Origin: Pristiophorus japonicus
Taxonomy: Eukaryota
Assembly (NCBI RefSeq): GCF_044704955.1
Contig: NC_091978.1
Location: 17,670,001-17,734,000, forward strand
DNA: 64,000 nt
Direction of reading: 5' to 3'
Below, piece after piece: positions 50,001 through 62,791 of this stretch (positions are counted from its first letter, which is position 1; each line of letters starts with the position of its first letter). Below the pieces are notes generated by a model that did no database searches, was not told the origin of the DNA, and was given only the letters and a program-made list of their open reading frames with translations. Position numbers and translations under genes: made by a program.

Positions 50001-53000
50001 CGACTGTTTAATTCCCCCCCCCCCCACAGGAACGAAGCGACTGTTTAATTCCCCCCCCCCCCCCACGGGAACGAAGCGACTGTTTAATTCCCCCCCCCCA
50101 CAGGAACGAAGCGACTGTTTAATTCCCCCCCCCCCCCCCACGGGAACGAAGCGACTGTTTAATTCCCCCCCCCCCCCCCCCCACAGGAACGAAGCGACTG
50201 TTTAATTCCCCCCCCCCCCCCACGGAACGAAGCGACTGTTTAATTCCCCCCCCCCCCCCCCACAGGAACGAAGCGACTGTTTAATTCCCCCCCCCCCCCA
50301 CAGGAACGAAGCGACTGTTTAATTCCCCCCCCCCCCCCACGGGAACGAAGCGACTGTTTAATTCCCCCCCCCCCCCCACGGGAACGAAGCGACTGTTTAA
50401 TTCCCCCCCCCCCCCCCACGGGAACGAAGCGACTGTTTAATTCCCCCCCCCCCCCCCCCCCACAGGAACGAAGCGACTGTTTAATTCCCCCCCCCCCCCC
50501 CCCGCGGGAACCAAGCGACTGTTTAATTCCCCCCCCCCCCCCCACAGGAACGAAGCGACTGTTTAATTCTCCCCCCCCCCCCCCCCGCGGGAACCAAGCG
50601 ACTGTTTAATTCCCCCCCCCCCCCCCCCCCACAGGAACGAAGCGACTGTTTAATTCCCCCCCCCCCCCCCCCGCGGGAACGAAGCGACTGTTTAATTCCC
50701 CCCCCCCCCCCCCCGCGGGAACGAAGCGACTGTTTAATTCCCCCCCCCCCCCACAGGAACGAAGCGACTGTTTAATTCCCCCCCCCCCCCCCGCGGGAAC
50801 GAAGCGACTGTTTAATTCCCCCCCCCCCCCCACAGGAACGAAGCGACTGTTTAATTTCCCCCCCCCCCCCCCCGCGGGAACCAAGCGACTGTTTAATTCC
50901 CCCCCCCCCCCACAGGAACGAAGCGACTGTTTAATTCCCCCCCCCCCCCCCCCCCGCGGGAACCAAGCGACTGTTTAATTCCCCCCCCCCCCCCCACAGG
51001 AACGAAGCGACTGTTTAATTCCCCCCCCCCCACAGGAACGAAGCGACTGTTTAATTCCCCCCCCCCCCCCCACAGGAACGAAGCGACTGTTTAATTCCCC
51101 CCCCCCCCCCACAGGAACGAAGCGACTGTTTAATTCCCCCCCCCCCCCCCCACGGGAACGAAGCGACTGTTTAATTCCCCCCCCCCCCCACAGGAACGAA
51201 GCGACTGTTTAATTCCCCCCCCCCCCCACGGGAACGAAGCGACTGTTTAATTCCCCCCCCCCCCCTCACAGGAACGAAGCGACTGTTTAATTCCCCCCCC
51301 CCCCCCACAGGAACGAAGCGACTGTTTAATTCCCCCCCCCCCCCCCCACAGGAACGAAGCGACTGTTTAATTCCCCCCCCCCCCCCACAGGAACGAAGCG
51401 ACTGTTTAATTCCCCCCCCCCCCCCCCCGGCGGGAACTAAGCGACTGTTTAATTCCCCCCCCCCCCCACAGGAACGAAGCGACTGTTTAATTCCCCCCCC
51501 CCCCCCCCACGGGACCGAAGCGACTGTTTAATTCCCCCCCCCCCCCACAGGAACGAAGCGACTGTTTAATTCCCCCCCCCCCCCCCACGGGAACGAAGCG
51601 ACTGTTTAATTCCCCCCCCCCCCCCACAGGAACGAAGCGACTGTTTAATTCCCCCCCCCCCCCCCCCACAGGAACGAAGCGACTGTTTAATTCCCCCCCC
51701 CCCCCCCACGGGAACGAAGCGACTGTTTAATTCCCCCCCCCCCCCCCCACGGGAACGAAGCGACTGTTTAATTCCCCCCCCCCCCCCCCCGGGAACGAAG
51801 CGACTGTTTAATTCCCCCCCCCCCCCCCACAGGAACGAAGCGACTGTTTAATTCCCCCCCCCCCCACGGGAACGAAGCGACTGTTTAATTCCCCCCCCCC
51901 CCCGGGAACCAAGCGACTGTTTAATTCCCCCCCCCCCTCCACAGGAACGAAGCGACTGTTTAATTCCCCCCCCCCCCCTCCCCGGGAACCAAGCGACTGT
52001 TTAATTCCCCCCCCCCCCCCTCCCCGGGAACCAAGCGACTGTTTAATTCCCCCCCCCCCCCCCCCCCACAGGAACGAAGCGACTGTTTAATTCCCCCCCC
52101 CCCCCCCACAGGAACGAAGCGACTGTTTAATTCCCCCCCCCCTCCCCGGGAACCAAGCGACTGTTTAATTCCCCCCCCCCCCTCCACAGGAACGAAGCGA
52201 CTGTTTAATTCCCCCCCCCCCCCCCCGCGGGAACCAAGCGACTGTTTAATTCCCCCCCCCCCCTCCACAGGAACGAAGCGACTGTTTAATTCCCCCCCCC
52301 CCCCCCGCGGGAACGAAGCGACTGTTTAATTCCCCCCCCCCCCCCCACGGGAACGAAGCGACTGTTTAATTCCCCCCCCCCCCCTCCCCGGGAACCAAGC
52401 GACTGTTTAATTCCCCCCCCCCCCCCCCACAGGAACGAAGCGACTGTTTAATTCCCCCCCCCCCCCCACGGGAACGAAGCGACTGTTTAATTCCCCCCCC
52501 CCCCCCCCGGGAACGAAGCGACTGTTTAATTCCCCCCCCCCCCCCCACAGGAACGAAGCGACTGTTTAATTCCCCTCCCCCCCCCCACGGGAACGAAGCG
52601 ACTGTTTAATTCCCCCCCCCCCCCCCACAGGAACGAAGCGACTGTTTAATTCCCCCCCCCCCCCACGGGAACGAAGCGACTGTTTAATTCCTTCCCCCCC
52701 CCCCCACAGGAACGAAGCGACTGTTTAATTCCCCCCCCCCCCCCCAAGGGAACGAAGCGACTGTTTAATTCCCCCCCCCCCCCCACAGGAACGAAGCGAC
52801 TGTTTAATTCCCCCCCCCCTCCTCAGGAACGAAGCGCGACTGTTTAATTCCCCCCCCCCCCCCCACAGGAACGAAGCGACTGTTTAATTCCCCCCCCCTC
52901 CACGGGAACGAAGCGACTGTTTAATTCCCCCCCCCCCCCCCACGGGAACGAAGCGACTGTTTAATTCCCCCCCCCCCCCCCCCACGGGAACGAAGCGACT

Positions 53001-54733
53001 GTTTAATTCCCCCCCCCCCCCCCCCACGGGAACGAAGCGACTGTTTAATTCCCCCCCCCCCCCCCCCACGGGAACCAAGCGACTGTTTAATTCCCCCCCC
53101 CCCCCTCCACGGGAACCAAGCGACTGTTTAATTCCCCCCCCCCCCCCCCACAGGAACGAAGCGACTGTTTAATTCCCCCCCCCCCCTCCACGGGAACCAA
53201 GCGACTGTTTAATTCCCCCCCCCCCCCCACAGGAACGAAGCGACTGTTTAATTCCCCCCCCCCCCCCCACGGGAACCAAGCGACTGTTTAATTCCCCCCC
53301 CCCCCCCACGGGAACGAAGCGACTGTTTAATTCCCCCCCCCCCCCCCCACGGGAACGAAGCGACTGTTTAATTCCCCCCCCCCCCCCCACGGGAACGAAG
53401 CGACTGTTTAATTCCCCCCCCCCCCCCCCCCACAGGAACGAAGCGACTGTTTAATTCCCCCCCCCCCCCCACGGGAACGAAGCGACTGTTTAATTCCCCC
53501 CCCCCCACGGGAACGAAGCGACTGTTTAATTCCCCTCCCCCCCCCCACAGGAACGAAGCGACTGTTTAATTCCCCCCCCCCCCCACGGGAACGTAGCGAC
53601 TGTTTAATTCCCCCCCCCCCCCCACAGGAACGAAGCGACTGTTTAATTCCCCCCCCCACAGGAACGAAGCGACTGTTTAATTCCCCCCCCCCCCCCCACA
53701 GGAACGAAGCGACTGTTTAATTCCCCCCCCCCCCCTCCACGGGAACCAAGCGACTGTTTAATTCCCCCCCCCCCCCCCTCCACGGGAACCAAGCGACTGT
53801 TTAATTCCCCCCCCCCCCCCCCCCCACAGGAACGAAGCGACTGTTTAATTCCCCCCCCCCCCCCCACGGGAACCAAGCGACTGTTTAATTCCCCCCCCCC
53901 CCCCCACGGGAACGAAGCGACTGTTTAATTCCCCTCCCCCCCCCCCCACGGGAACGAAGCGACTGTTTAATTCCCCCCCCCCCCCCCCCCACGGGAACGA
54001 AGCGACTGTTTAATTCCCCCCCCCCCCCCCAAGGGAACGAAGCGACTGTTTAATTCCCCTCCCCCCCCCCCACGGGAACGAAGCGACTGTTTAATTCCCC
54101 CCCCCCCCCCCCACAGGAACGAAGCGACTGTTTAATTCCCCCCCCCCCCCACGGGAACGAAGCGACTGTTTAATTCCCCCCCCCCCCACGGGAACGAAGC
54201 GACTGTTTAATTCCCCTCCCCCCCCCGCGGGAACGAACGGCTGCAGAATTCTCCCTGCCTGAAGCACTTTCACACAGGTAGGAAGATGGTTTATTTAATC
54301 TTTTCTTTGCTTATAAATGTTTATTCAGGTTGGATTTATTTGTATAATATTTGTAGAAGTATAAATAAGGATTGATTGTAGAATTTAATGAGTTCCCTTC
54401 CCCCCCCCCCCCCCACCTCGTTCTGGACGCCTGATTTGTAACCTGCGCCTGATTTTTTAATGTGTAGAACAGGTTTTTTCAGTTCTACAAAAATCTTCAC
54501 TTGCTCCTTTCTACTTTAGTTTGGAGTACGTTTTCACTGTGGAAACTTTCAAATCAGGCGTCAGTGGCCGGACACGCCCCCTTTTGAAGAAAAAATTCTG
54601 TTCCAAAGTAGAACTGTTCTACCTGACTAGAACTGCAGAAAAAAAAATGTGGAGAATTGCGATTTCTAAGATAGTCCGTTCTCCACCAGTTGCTCCTAAA
54701 AATCAGGCGCAAATCATGTGGAAACTTGGGCCC
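47037..54733. mobile_element. Harbinger-type non-autonomous element expanded to 7.7 kb by an internal minisatellite
   Basis: TIRs GGGTCCAAGTTTTCACACGAT / ATCATGTGGAAACTTGGGCCC; 3-bp TSD ACA on both sides. Confidence 0.88.
47407..54237. repeat. ~40-bp tandem minisatellite, unit C(n)-AC[A/G]GGAACGAAGCGACTGTTTAATT, roughly 170 copies
   Basis: Directly visible; near-invariant core separated by variable poly-C runs; copy number estimated from length/40. Confidence 0.98.
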
Positions 54734-55165
54734 ACAGAAACTGTGGAGTCAAACCTCCTTTGTGATTTACTCATCCACATTTGTACACACCAGGGTAGGT
54801 ATTGTTAAACAGACTACATTTTACTGCACACTTCTGAACATAGAATTACTGCTTTGTGCACGATAGATAATACATTTATCAACAGCTATCTGCACTGAAG
54901 TGAAGATTATGTTCTTGGGAGATGCAGAAAATTAGATTGCACTGGAAACATTTATTGAGTCAATTCTGCTGCAGTCTCATCAGAAACACTGCAATTTAGT
55001 AGCTGGTCTTCAAGTAGCAAACTGGTAAATCGGAAGGGTTACCACCTTTAGGCAAGTTGAAGAATGGACAATGGAAGAACGCTTACTTGCTTTTGTTCCC
55101 CAGCTTATCTCCATTTCTTCACTAACTCAAGGACATAAGCTAATCACTGAAAGAACGGAGGCTGA

Positions 55166-55400
55166 GTTTTTTTTTAATTCATTCACGGGATATGGGTGTC
55201 GCTGCCAAGGCCAGCATTTATTGCCCATCACCTAATTGCCCTTGAGAAGGTGGTGGTGAGCCACCTTCTTGAACCACTGCAGTCCATGTGGTGAAGGTGC
55301 TCCCACAGTGCTATTAGGGAGAGAGTTCCAGGATTTTGACCCAACGACAATGAAGGAACGGCTGATATATTTCCAAGTCAAGATGTTATATGACTTGGAG
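55166..55400 (-). mobile_element. LINE family B 3' end, followed by CR1 and L2 (~55478-55690) tail fragments
   Basis: gcatttattgcccatc..ttccaagtcaagatg; acaacaacagcaacttgtattt L2 tail. Confidence 0.8.
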
Positions 55401-55873
55401 GGGTTAAGTGAAACCTTTTCTGCACAAAGGACTGTTAGGATATTAATTGCCCTGCCACAAAAACTGGTAGAAGCATTTAACAACAACAGCAACTTGTATT
55501 TACATAGCACCTGTAACATCCCAAAGCCCTTCAGAGGAGTATTATGAGACAAAAAATTTGACACCGAGCCATACAAGGAGAAATTAGGGCAGGTGACCAA
55601 AAGCTTGGTCAAAGAGGTAGGTTTTAAGAAGCATCTTGAAGGAGGAAAGAGAGGTAGAGAAGTGGAGAGGTTTAGGGAGGGAGTTCCAGAATGGAAGTAA
55701 ATAAATATTGGAGAAAGGGATGGGAAGCGGAATCGAATTAAGTGGATAACTCTTTCAGAAAGCCAGCATAGGCACAAAGGGCCAAATGGCCTCCTTCTAT
55801 GCTTGCATGATTCTCCTTCTCTCCTCAAGGTATTTTGAGTCTCACTGGGATATTGTTTCATAGATGTTACCAC

Positions 55874-56038
55874 CAACATTCCCTCTCATTTTAATTTTAG
55901 TTGCGCTGTCCCGTTAAATTTTCTGCACGGCCCTGCATGCTCTGTATCTTTTCCAGTGGAACAGCTGGTGTGTGGCCTGCACGGGATCTCCCAATCGCTT
56001 TGTGCACACGCCCCCTGCGCGCTTTAGAGGGAGCATTG
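55874..56038. mobile_element. Short hAT-type MITE (165 bp)
   Basis: TIRs CAACATTCCCTCT / AGAGGGAGCATTG; degenerate 8-bp TSD GTTACCAC/GTTGGCAC. Confidence 0.65.
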
Positions 56039-56164
56039 GTTGGCACCTCCCTGCTACCTCTGCCAAGTGGTAGTTTTTTTATATACGTTGCCGTTAATGG
56101 TGAATATCAGCCATGCTTTAATGCTAGAGGACCTCAGAGCCAAACCAGCTCAATCTAAAAAAAA

Positions 56165-58422
56165 AATGGCAGATGGAGTGTTATGTGGGAAACTGTGAGG
56201 TTATCCACTTTGATATGAAAAATAAAAAAGCAAATTATTATTTAAATGGGAAGAAATTACAAAATGCTGTGGTACAGAGGAATCTGGGGGTCCTTGTACA
56301 TGAAACACAAAAAGTTAGTATGCAGGTACAGCAAGTAATCAGGAAGGCAAATGGAATGTTGGTCTTTATTGCAAGGGGGATGGAGTATAAAAGTAGGGAT
56401 GTCCTGCTATAACTGCACAGGGTATTGGTGAGGCCACACCTGGAGTACTGCGTACAGTTTTGGTCTCCTTATTTAAGGAGGGATATACTTGCACTGGAGG
56501 CAGTTCAGAGAAGGTTCACCAGGTTGATTCCTGAGGTGAAGAGGTTGTCATATGAAGAAAGGTTGAGCAGGTTGGGCCTACACTAATTGGAGTTTAGAAG
56601 TCTAAGAGGTGATCTTATTGATACGTATAAGATTCTGAGGGGGCTTGACAGAGTAGATACAGAGAGAATGTTTCCCCTTATGTGGGAATCTAGAACTGGG
56701 GGGCATAGTTTCAAAATAAGGATGAGGGATGCAAAATTCACAAGAACCCCCCACCTCTACCCCTCGCCCCGTGTTTGGGCTCATTCGAAAGGAAATTTAA
56801 TTTAGGACTATCTACTGGAAAGTTTGAAATTCTAAAGTGCTTATGGAAGAAACTACAAACTTTAATCAAATTTTGGACTTTTAAAAGACAAATTCAAGGC
56901 TGTGGACCTAAGGAACAACAGGAGACAACTTGGTTATTGAGGCTGTCTGAGTGTTGGGACTAATGTAACTTGTCTGGAGAAATGGGTATTCGAAAATCCT
57001 TCTCCACTAGAGACATTAACATTACAACAAATAACCCAGAGATAGCCAGCCATCAACCTGAATCTGGAAAAACGTTTCAACATATACATCACAAAGAGGC
57101 CCAATCCAGAAAAACTAAGCACAAAAGGACATTGCGATTACCCAGCTAATATTTCCAGCAGGAAACAGTTTCTGAAGATCAACCCACCCAAAGCATATTA
57201 ACTTTTAACGAGCCCGCCAAAATATTACAAAGAGAAGTCAAGCCCGCCAAATTTAAAGAATTCTGAACTGATTTGGCACGAAGATTAGAACCACTCAAAC
57301 CGTATAACTGGCCCCCTGTTCCAACAGAGGGTATGACACACTTTGCCATATTGCTCGTGCTATACTACGACTATATCATCAAGACAGGGAGAGAAACCAA
57401 CGCGACAGTTGTAAACTAACTTCTCCAGCCTCGAAGTTCTGAAGGAAGGAAGAACATCACCAACGCGGCAGCAACCGACCACAGCCAACGTGCTCCCAAC
57501 GAAAAACCACCGCGATCGACCAAACTCGAAACAAAACTCCAACAGGAAGAAACCGAAGAATCGAAAAGTTTCCACTCTACAATCTAAGGCCTGACTACCA
57601 ACAGGTGAAAACATTGCATAAAGAGACTTTGAACCTATTTCTAATGGAGAAAACCGGGTACTTACCCTATAGCTCCAAAACGCGCCATACCGCATCAGCG
57701 GACTCAACCCAACTGACGATTGCGCAGTAAGAAGTCTTCTCCGACATTCGGGGTACGGCAAACAGAACCTACAGAATTCAACGAACCCCAAAATCGCAAA
57801 CAACCGCTAACTGACCAGAAAGGATTGGTAAGCATAGTCGCTGCCTGCCCTGGAGTCTAACCTAGCTAGGATTAGGTATTGGGAGGTGGGAGGTGTAATT
57901 TTTACTGTAACCCCCTTTGATGTGTAATGTATTGTTCTTTATTAGAGTAATTCTAAGTTTGACATTGACTTTATTAAAGACAAGAAAATACAAAGTTCTT
58001 TTGCACCAAACCAGTTGTCTTTTGCACTTTATCACATTCCCGAAATAAATCCAGAGTCTAGAACCCAAGGGAGTGGGAGCGATTCGAACCGTTCAAGTTG
58101 GTCAGAGTTGAACCTGACCCCCGGGACCACCCCCGAACAAGAGGTCGCCCATTTAAAACGGAAATGAGGAGGAATTTCTTCTCTCAGAGGGTTGTGAATC
58201 TTTGGAATTCTCTACCCCAGAGAGTTGTGGAGGCTGGGTCATTGAATATATTTAAAGTGGAGGTAGACAGATTTTTGAATGAAAAGGGAGTCAAGGGTTA
58301 TGGGGAGCAGGCGGGAAAGTGCAGTTGAGGCCAGGGTCAGGTCAGCCATGATCTTATTGAATGCCGGAGTAGGCTCAAGGAGCCAAATAGCCTACTCTTA
58401 CTCCTATTTCTTATGTTTTTAT
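56165..58422 (+). mobile_element. CR1 3' region split by a 1.4-kb insertion
   Basis: KANGMLVFIARGMEYKS, RGDLIDTYKIL; resumes at 58140 with gaggtcgcccatttaaaac. Confidence 0.9.
56723..58139 (+). mobile_element. Long solo-LTR-like insertion (~1.4 kb)
   Basis: TG...CA ends; cleanly interrupts CR1; ATTAAA/AATAAA near the 3' end; no coding motif; TSD imperfect. Confidence 0.6.
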
Positions 58423-59048
58423 GTCCAAAATTCAGCAAGGCTCACTGGGCAGTCTGACTGATTCTTTGGTCGCGAGTCCACGGTTGCGAAAGTTAATTAC
58501 AGCACCCTCAATCGTTGCCTTGGCTGCGAATAGTGTAGAATGTGAATCATATGTCAGGAAGACCGGGTAAGGCAGGATCAGTTTCCTGAAGGACATCAGT
58601 GAACCAGTCGGGTTTTTAACGACCAGCTTTCAGGAGCCATTTTTTTTCCTTCTCTGGTGCCAGCCCACGAATGACTGGATTCATAACTTAGCACGGTGGG
58701 TTTTCAACTTACAACCTATGCATTGGAAGTCCATTACCACAATCACTACCCTCTACATAATACCTTGGTGTCTGGAGTTGTTTTTTTCTCTCTCGTGGTC
58801 ATCAAAGTGAAGGACCTCAGCGATGGGAAATGGAACATTATTCAAGTTCAGATGCCCAGAGTTGGGATTTTCGGCCTACTGCCCCCCCTGTTCGTACCCC
58901 GGAAGGGCGGCAATGGCAGCGGTAAGCACTTCCGGGCAGGCGGCCAACTTCCAGCACCCCGGCGGGCCATTCAGTGCCGGCTTCGAGGGGCGCGGAGCAT
59001 TACCGCCCAGAAGTCATCATCATTATCGAGGAAGACTTGCTTCCACTT

Positions 59049-59183
59049 TAAAAATGAGTTCTTAGGTGACTGAACAGTCCAATACAGGAATTACAGTCTC
59101 TGTCACAGGTGGAACAGACAGTGGTTGAAGGAAAGGATGGGTGGGATTGGTTTGCCGCACGCTCTTTCCGCTGCCTGCGCGCC
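59049..59183 (-). mobile_element. RTE 3' fragment
   Basis: CSTCDRDCNSCIGLFSHLRTHF. Confidence 0.8.
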
Positions 59184-59282
59184 GGTGTGCAACACACCCC
59201 TGGTTGCGACACTGGCTCGATATTTGGATTTATTTGGCATAAAAAAATATCCTTGCACCATTCCCCTCTATGCTTTGGAACC

Positions 59283-59495
59283 AGAAGGTTGTGGGTTGAA
59301 GCCCTACTCCAGAGATCTGAGTACATAATATCGGTTGACACGCTCCGAGTGTGGTGCTGAGGGAGCGCTGCACTGTCGGAGGTGCCATCTTTCGGATAAG
59401 ACGTTAAAGCAAGGCCCCCCCCCCCCCTCCCCCACCCCCACCTGACCTCTCTGCTGGATGTAAAAGATGTAATTGAAGAAGAGCAAGAGAGTTCT
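59283..59495 (+). mobile_element. DeuSINE 5' part; a 3' part of the family lies at ~60262-60468
   Basis: agaaggttgtgggttg..cactgtcggaggtgccatctttcggat. Confidence 0.7.
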
Positions 59496-59534
59496 TTCAG
59501 TAGTTCTAATGCAAGATCACCATCCTAAAATGCT

Positions 59535-60184
59535 GGGCTAAAAATTGGGTTGCTTAACACCACCGGTTAGCGGTGCCAATGGGCCGCTAAGTGACTACCG
59601 CAACCTTCAGCGTAGGTTTAGCGACGGCGCTAACTGTAGCGCTGCGCACTCCAGCGGCGCCCAGTTGGTGACGTCAATGAGTGTGCCACGCCCCTTTAGC
59701 GCCGCGGTCGTGAACTTGAATGGTTTCGCCTGCTGTAGCGCCTGCCGCTAATCCCGACAGGGAGAGCAGGCATCACGGAGAAGCCCCCATGGAGTGAATA
59801 TTTCAACGGATGAGCAAGTGGGTCTTTAGAATGGACTGTATTTATATTCATTTAATTTTCTTAGCTGGACAACACGGTTACTCATGTAAACATTCCTCCC
59901 TTCCATTTTGATTCAGTTTTCAGGTGGTCCAGCTGAACCCGCTTTAGCGCTGGGATGCCCGTTTCCTAGCGCTGCAACTTCATCAGCGCTCCCGCGATAG
60001 CGGCCCAAGAATCAGCGTCAGCGCCCCTAGACGGGTGTGGAGCTCTTCCCACGGTGCTCCATTCCCCTCCTGGGGCGCTAACAGTGAATATTCCAGTTGG
60101 AGCCGTTAAACATCGCCCAGCGCTAAAGTTAGTGACCCAGGTGGTGTCACCGCCACAAACAGGACTATACTGAATTGTTAGCCC
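59535..60184. mobile_element. Harbinger-like MITE
   Basis: TIRs GGGCTAAAAATT / AATTGTTAGCCC; body rich in agcgct/gcgcta repeats. Confidence 0.7.
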
Positions 60185-62609
60185 GTTAACTCAGCTTCTC
60201 TCTCCATCGATGCTGCCCGAGCTGCTGTGTTTCCCAACATTTTCTGTTTTGAGTTGACTTCTCCCAGTATTCTAGCCAACATTTATCCCTCAATCGATAA
60301 CATGTACCGACCATTAATCTCATTGCTGGACCTTGCTGTGCGCAATAGGCTGCACGCTTTTCTACTAAATGACTGCGACTGCGTTGCAAAAGAATTTGTT
60401 GCCTGCAAAGCGCTTTGGGGCATCATGAGGATATGAAAGGTTCTATTTAAATACAACATCTTTCTTTCTGGTATTACAGAGTACTTCTATATTTACAGTC
60501 CCCTGTTACAGATTCACTGACAGTGGAAATAATCTTCCTTTCATCAACCTTGCAAACTGTGCTTTGATTTTCACACGGTTCTCCTTGATTTCTGTTTAAC
60601 TTTGTGATGAAGGTCTCCCTTTGTAAATCTGCAGCCATCATGACTGTTAACGGAATTGTTTTACTCTCCTCCTGCCCTATTTTTTTATCCCCTCACTTTG
60701 ATCTGCCACTTTCCGTTATGTCAGACCCTGTTACTCCGACTCTTCCTTGTCAAGAGTGCAATATTTTCAACAAAAAAAATAATAGAGAATTGTCCGATTA
60801 AAAAAATAAACGGGCATGGGTTAATAGAATACTGGATCCACTGATGCGGAGTTCAGTAATTAACATTCAGTCTAAACCACAACAGAGGCGATGTATGAAT
60901 CCACATTGTCACCGCAGCTAATTTGAGATTCAACATGAAATATTCAGCTGATTTGTGTTGGGCAGTGGATTTTTGCTTCGCAGCACAGCAGTCACAAGCT
61001 TAAAGCCCAGTGGAAACCACTGCAGCCACACCACAATGATAAGTGACAAGCCTGAAGCGTTCCATCAGTTCGTAGCCTTGTCAGTCTAGTTATTCTCCCC
61101 CATCCCAACCTCCACTCCAGCTGCACTGACACTAACAGTCATTGCTTATAGGAGAAGGAAAGCCCAGAGGTAACTGATTTAATTCCAAAGTACTGTCCCA
61201 CTCTATTTACAAAACTTTTCGATTGACTTTTTTTGAAACGTTAATTCTCTTACTGTTAAGGATGATCATGTTTCAAGTCTCCACGCCCTGCATAGGCACT
61301 CTGGTGGTGCTACTGCCTTATTATTTATGAGTTACTTCTACAATATGACAGTGTTCGTAAGCAATTGTTCATATAAAGTTCTGGCAAGGCTAATGCACTG
61401 TAAGATTCTAAAAGAATTATTGTGCTTCTGTTTTACAGAAAGAACAACCTTCCATTCATTTAGCGCCTATCACGACCTTAGGATGTGTCAAAGTGTTTTA
61501 CAGCCAATTAAATCATTTTTAAGTGTAGTCACTCCATTGAATAATTAGTAGGCACCACAGGAAGATCATGGAAAGACTCAGTCAAAAGGACTTCAACAGG
61601 TCTGTGTGAAATTGGAATAGTTCAGGATAAAATAGTGCATACATTTAGCCTCCTCTCATTGGAACTAGCCAGATGGACTTCAATGATCTCTTCCAGTCCT
61701 GTATATTCCTGAGTTCCTGTAAGTCTTTTGCTTTTGTGTGAATTTATTTAGATGATAAATTTGAATGGTAGTTTAGCCTGAAGTACTTGGTCTGATCGCA
61801 TGGTGTTTTTCTGCCTATTGATCGATTCCCTTCATCTTTGACCGCCTTGGGACGTTTAGTGTGGCCGCATTAGAACTCATGCTAGCGCTCAACTGGCGAC
61901 AGTCCCTTTGGGCCTAACAAAAGATATAAAGTGTAGAATCACTGGGCATTCACCCGGACACACCCTTAGAACATAGGACGATGATTCACGCGGGCAACCG
62001 CTCCCCGCCGCCCCCCCCCAAATAAATTGGAATACGGGATGGAGCGGAAATAAGCCAGGATCCCAGATCAGGTTCTATCACCAAGTCCTTTGGCCTCTCA
62101 GGAATGGGTGGTAGGATTAGAAACTCAGTCCATTTACCTTCCCCCAAACCAGAAAAATTCGATCCCTGGATATTCAATTTCAGTTCAACTTTCTGCTGAC
62201 TACCAACTTGTTGTTGTTGTGCCTTAATTAAACTCCTTTGGTCATACTCAAGAACGTCCAACCCTCCATCTCAACCTGGCAATGAGAAATGGTTGTGTGT
62301 GTATCCCGATTGAGCCAGACTGCACGGTCATGGGCCACTGCCACCCACCCACCATTATACAGCAACGCTGGAACAGGAAACAGATAGCTCATTTGCACTC
62401 TTTCCCTAGATTGTGTTGGCTTCTAGCTTTTCAGCCAGTTCTTAGAACTTAGGAGTTGGCAGCTACTGGCCAGTGAACTGGAATGCTGCATTTGCAATTC
62501 TGGATAACTTGTTCCAATCCTTTTTCCCCAGAAAGATATCTAATTGTCTCCTAAACCCATTTATACTGCATTCTTCGATGTAAATTCCTTATAGAAGAAA
62601 AAAGGGAGA

Positions 62610-62790
62610 CATATATTTTTATAGCACATTTCACGACCTCAGGCCGTCCCAAAGTGCTTTACAGCAAATGAAGTACTTTTTGAAGAGGAGTCAATGTTGT
62701 AATGTAGGAAATGCGGCAGCCAATTTGCACACAGCAAGCTCCCACAAATAGCGGAGTGATAATGACCAAATCATCGGTTTTCGGTGGTGT
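62610..62790 (-). mobile_element. DeuSINE 3' fragment
   Basis: Reverse complement of the family tail. Confidence 0.7.
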
Positions 62791-62791
62791 T

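Noticed and set aside
47407-54237. CRISPR-like array of a constant ~26-nt repeat
   Set aside because: The intervening sequences are only poly-C runs, not unique spacers; no cas genes; eukaryotic context.
47883-54273. Gly-rich ORFs (GGGGELNSRFVPV / GGGIKQSLRS)
   Set aside because: Translation artefacts of the minisatellite; frames shift with homopolymer length.
55232-55879. 215-aa ORF
   Set aside because: A chance read-through across adjoining CR1, L2 and LINE-B tail fragments.
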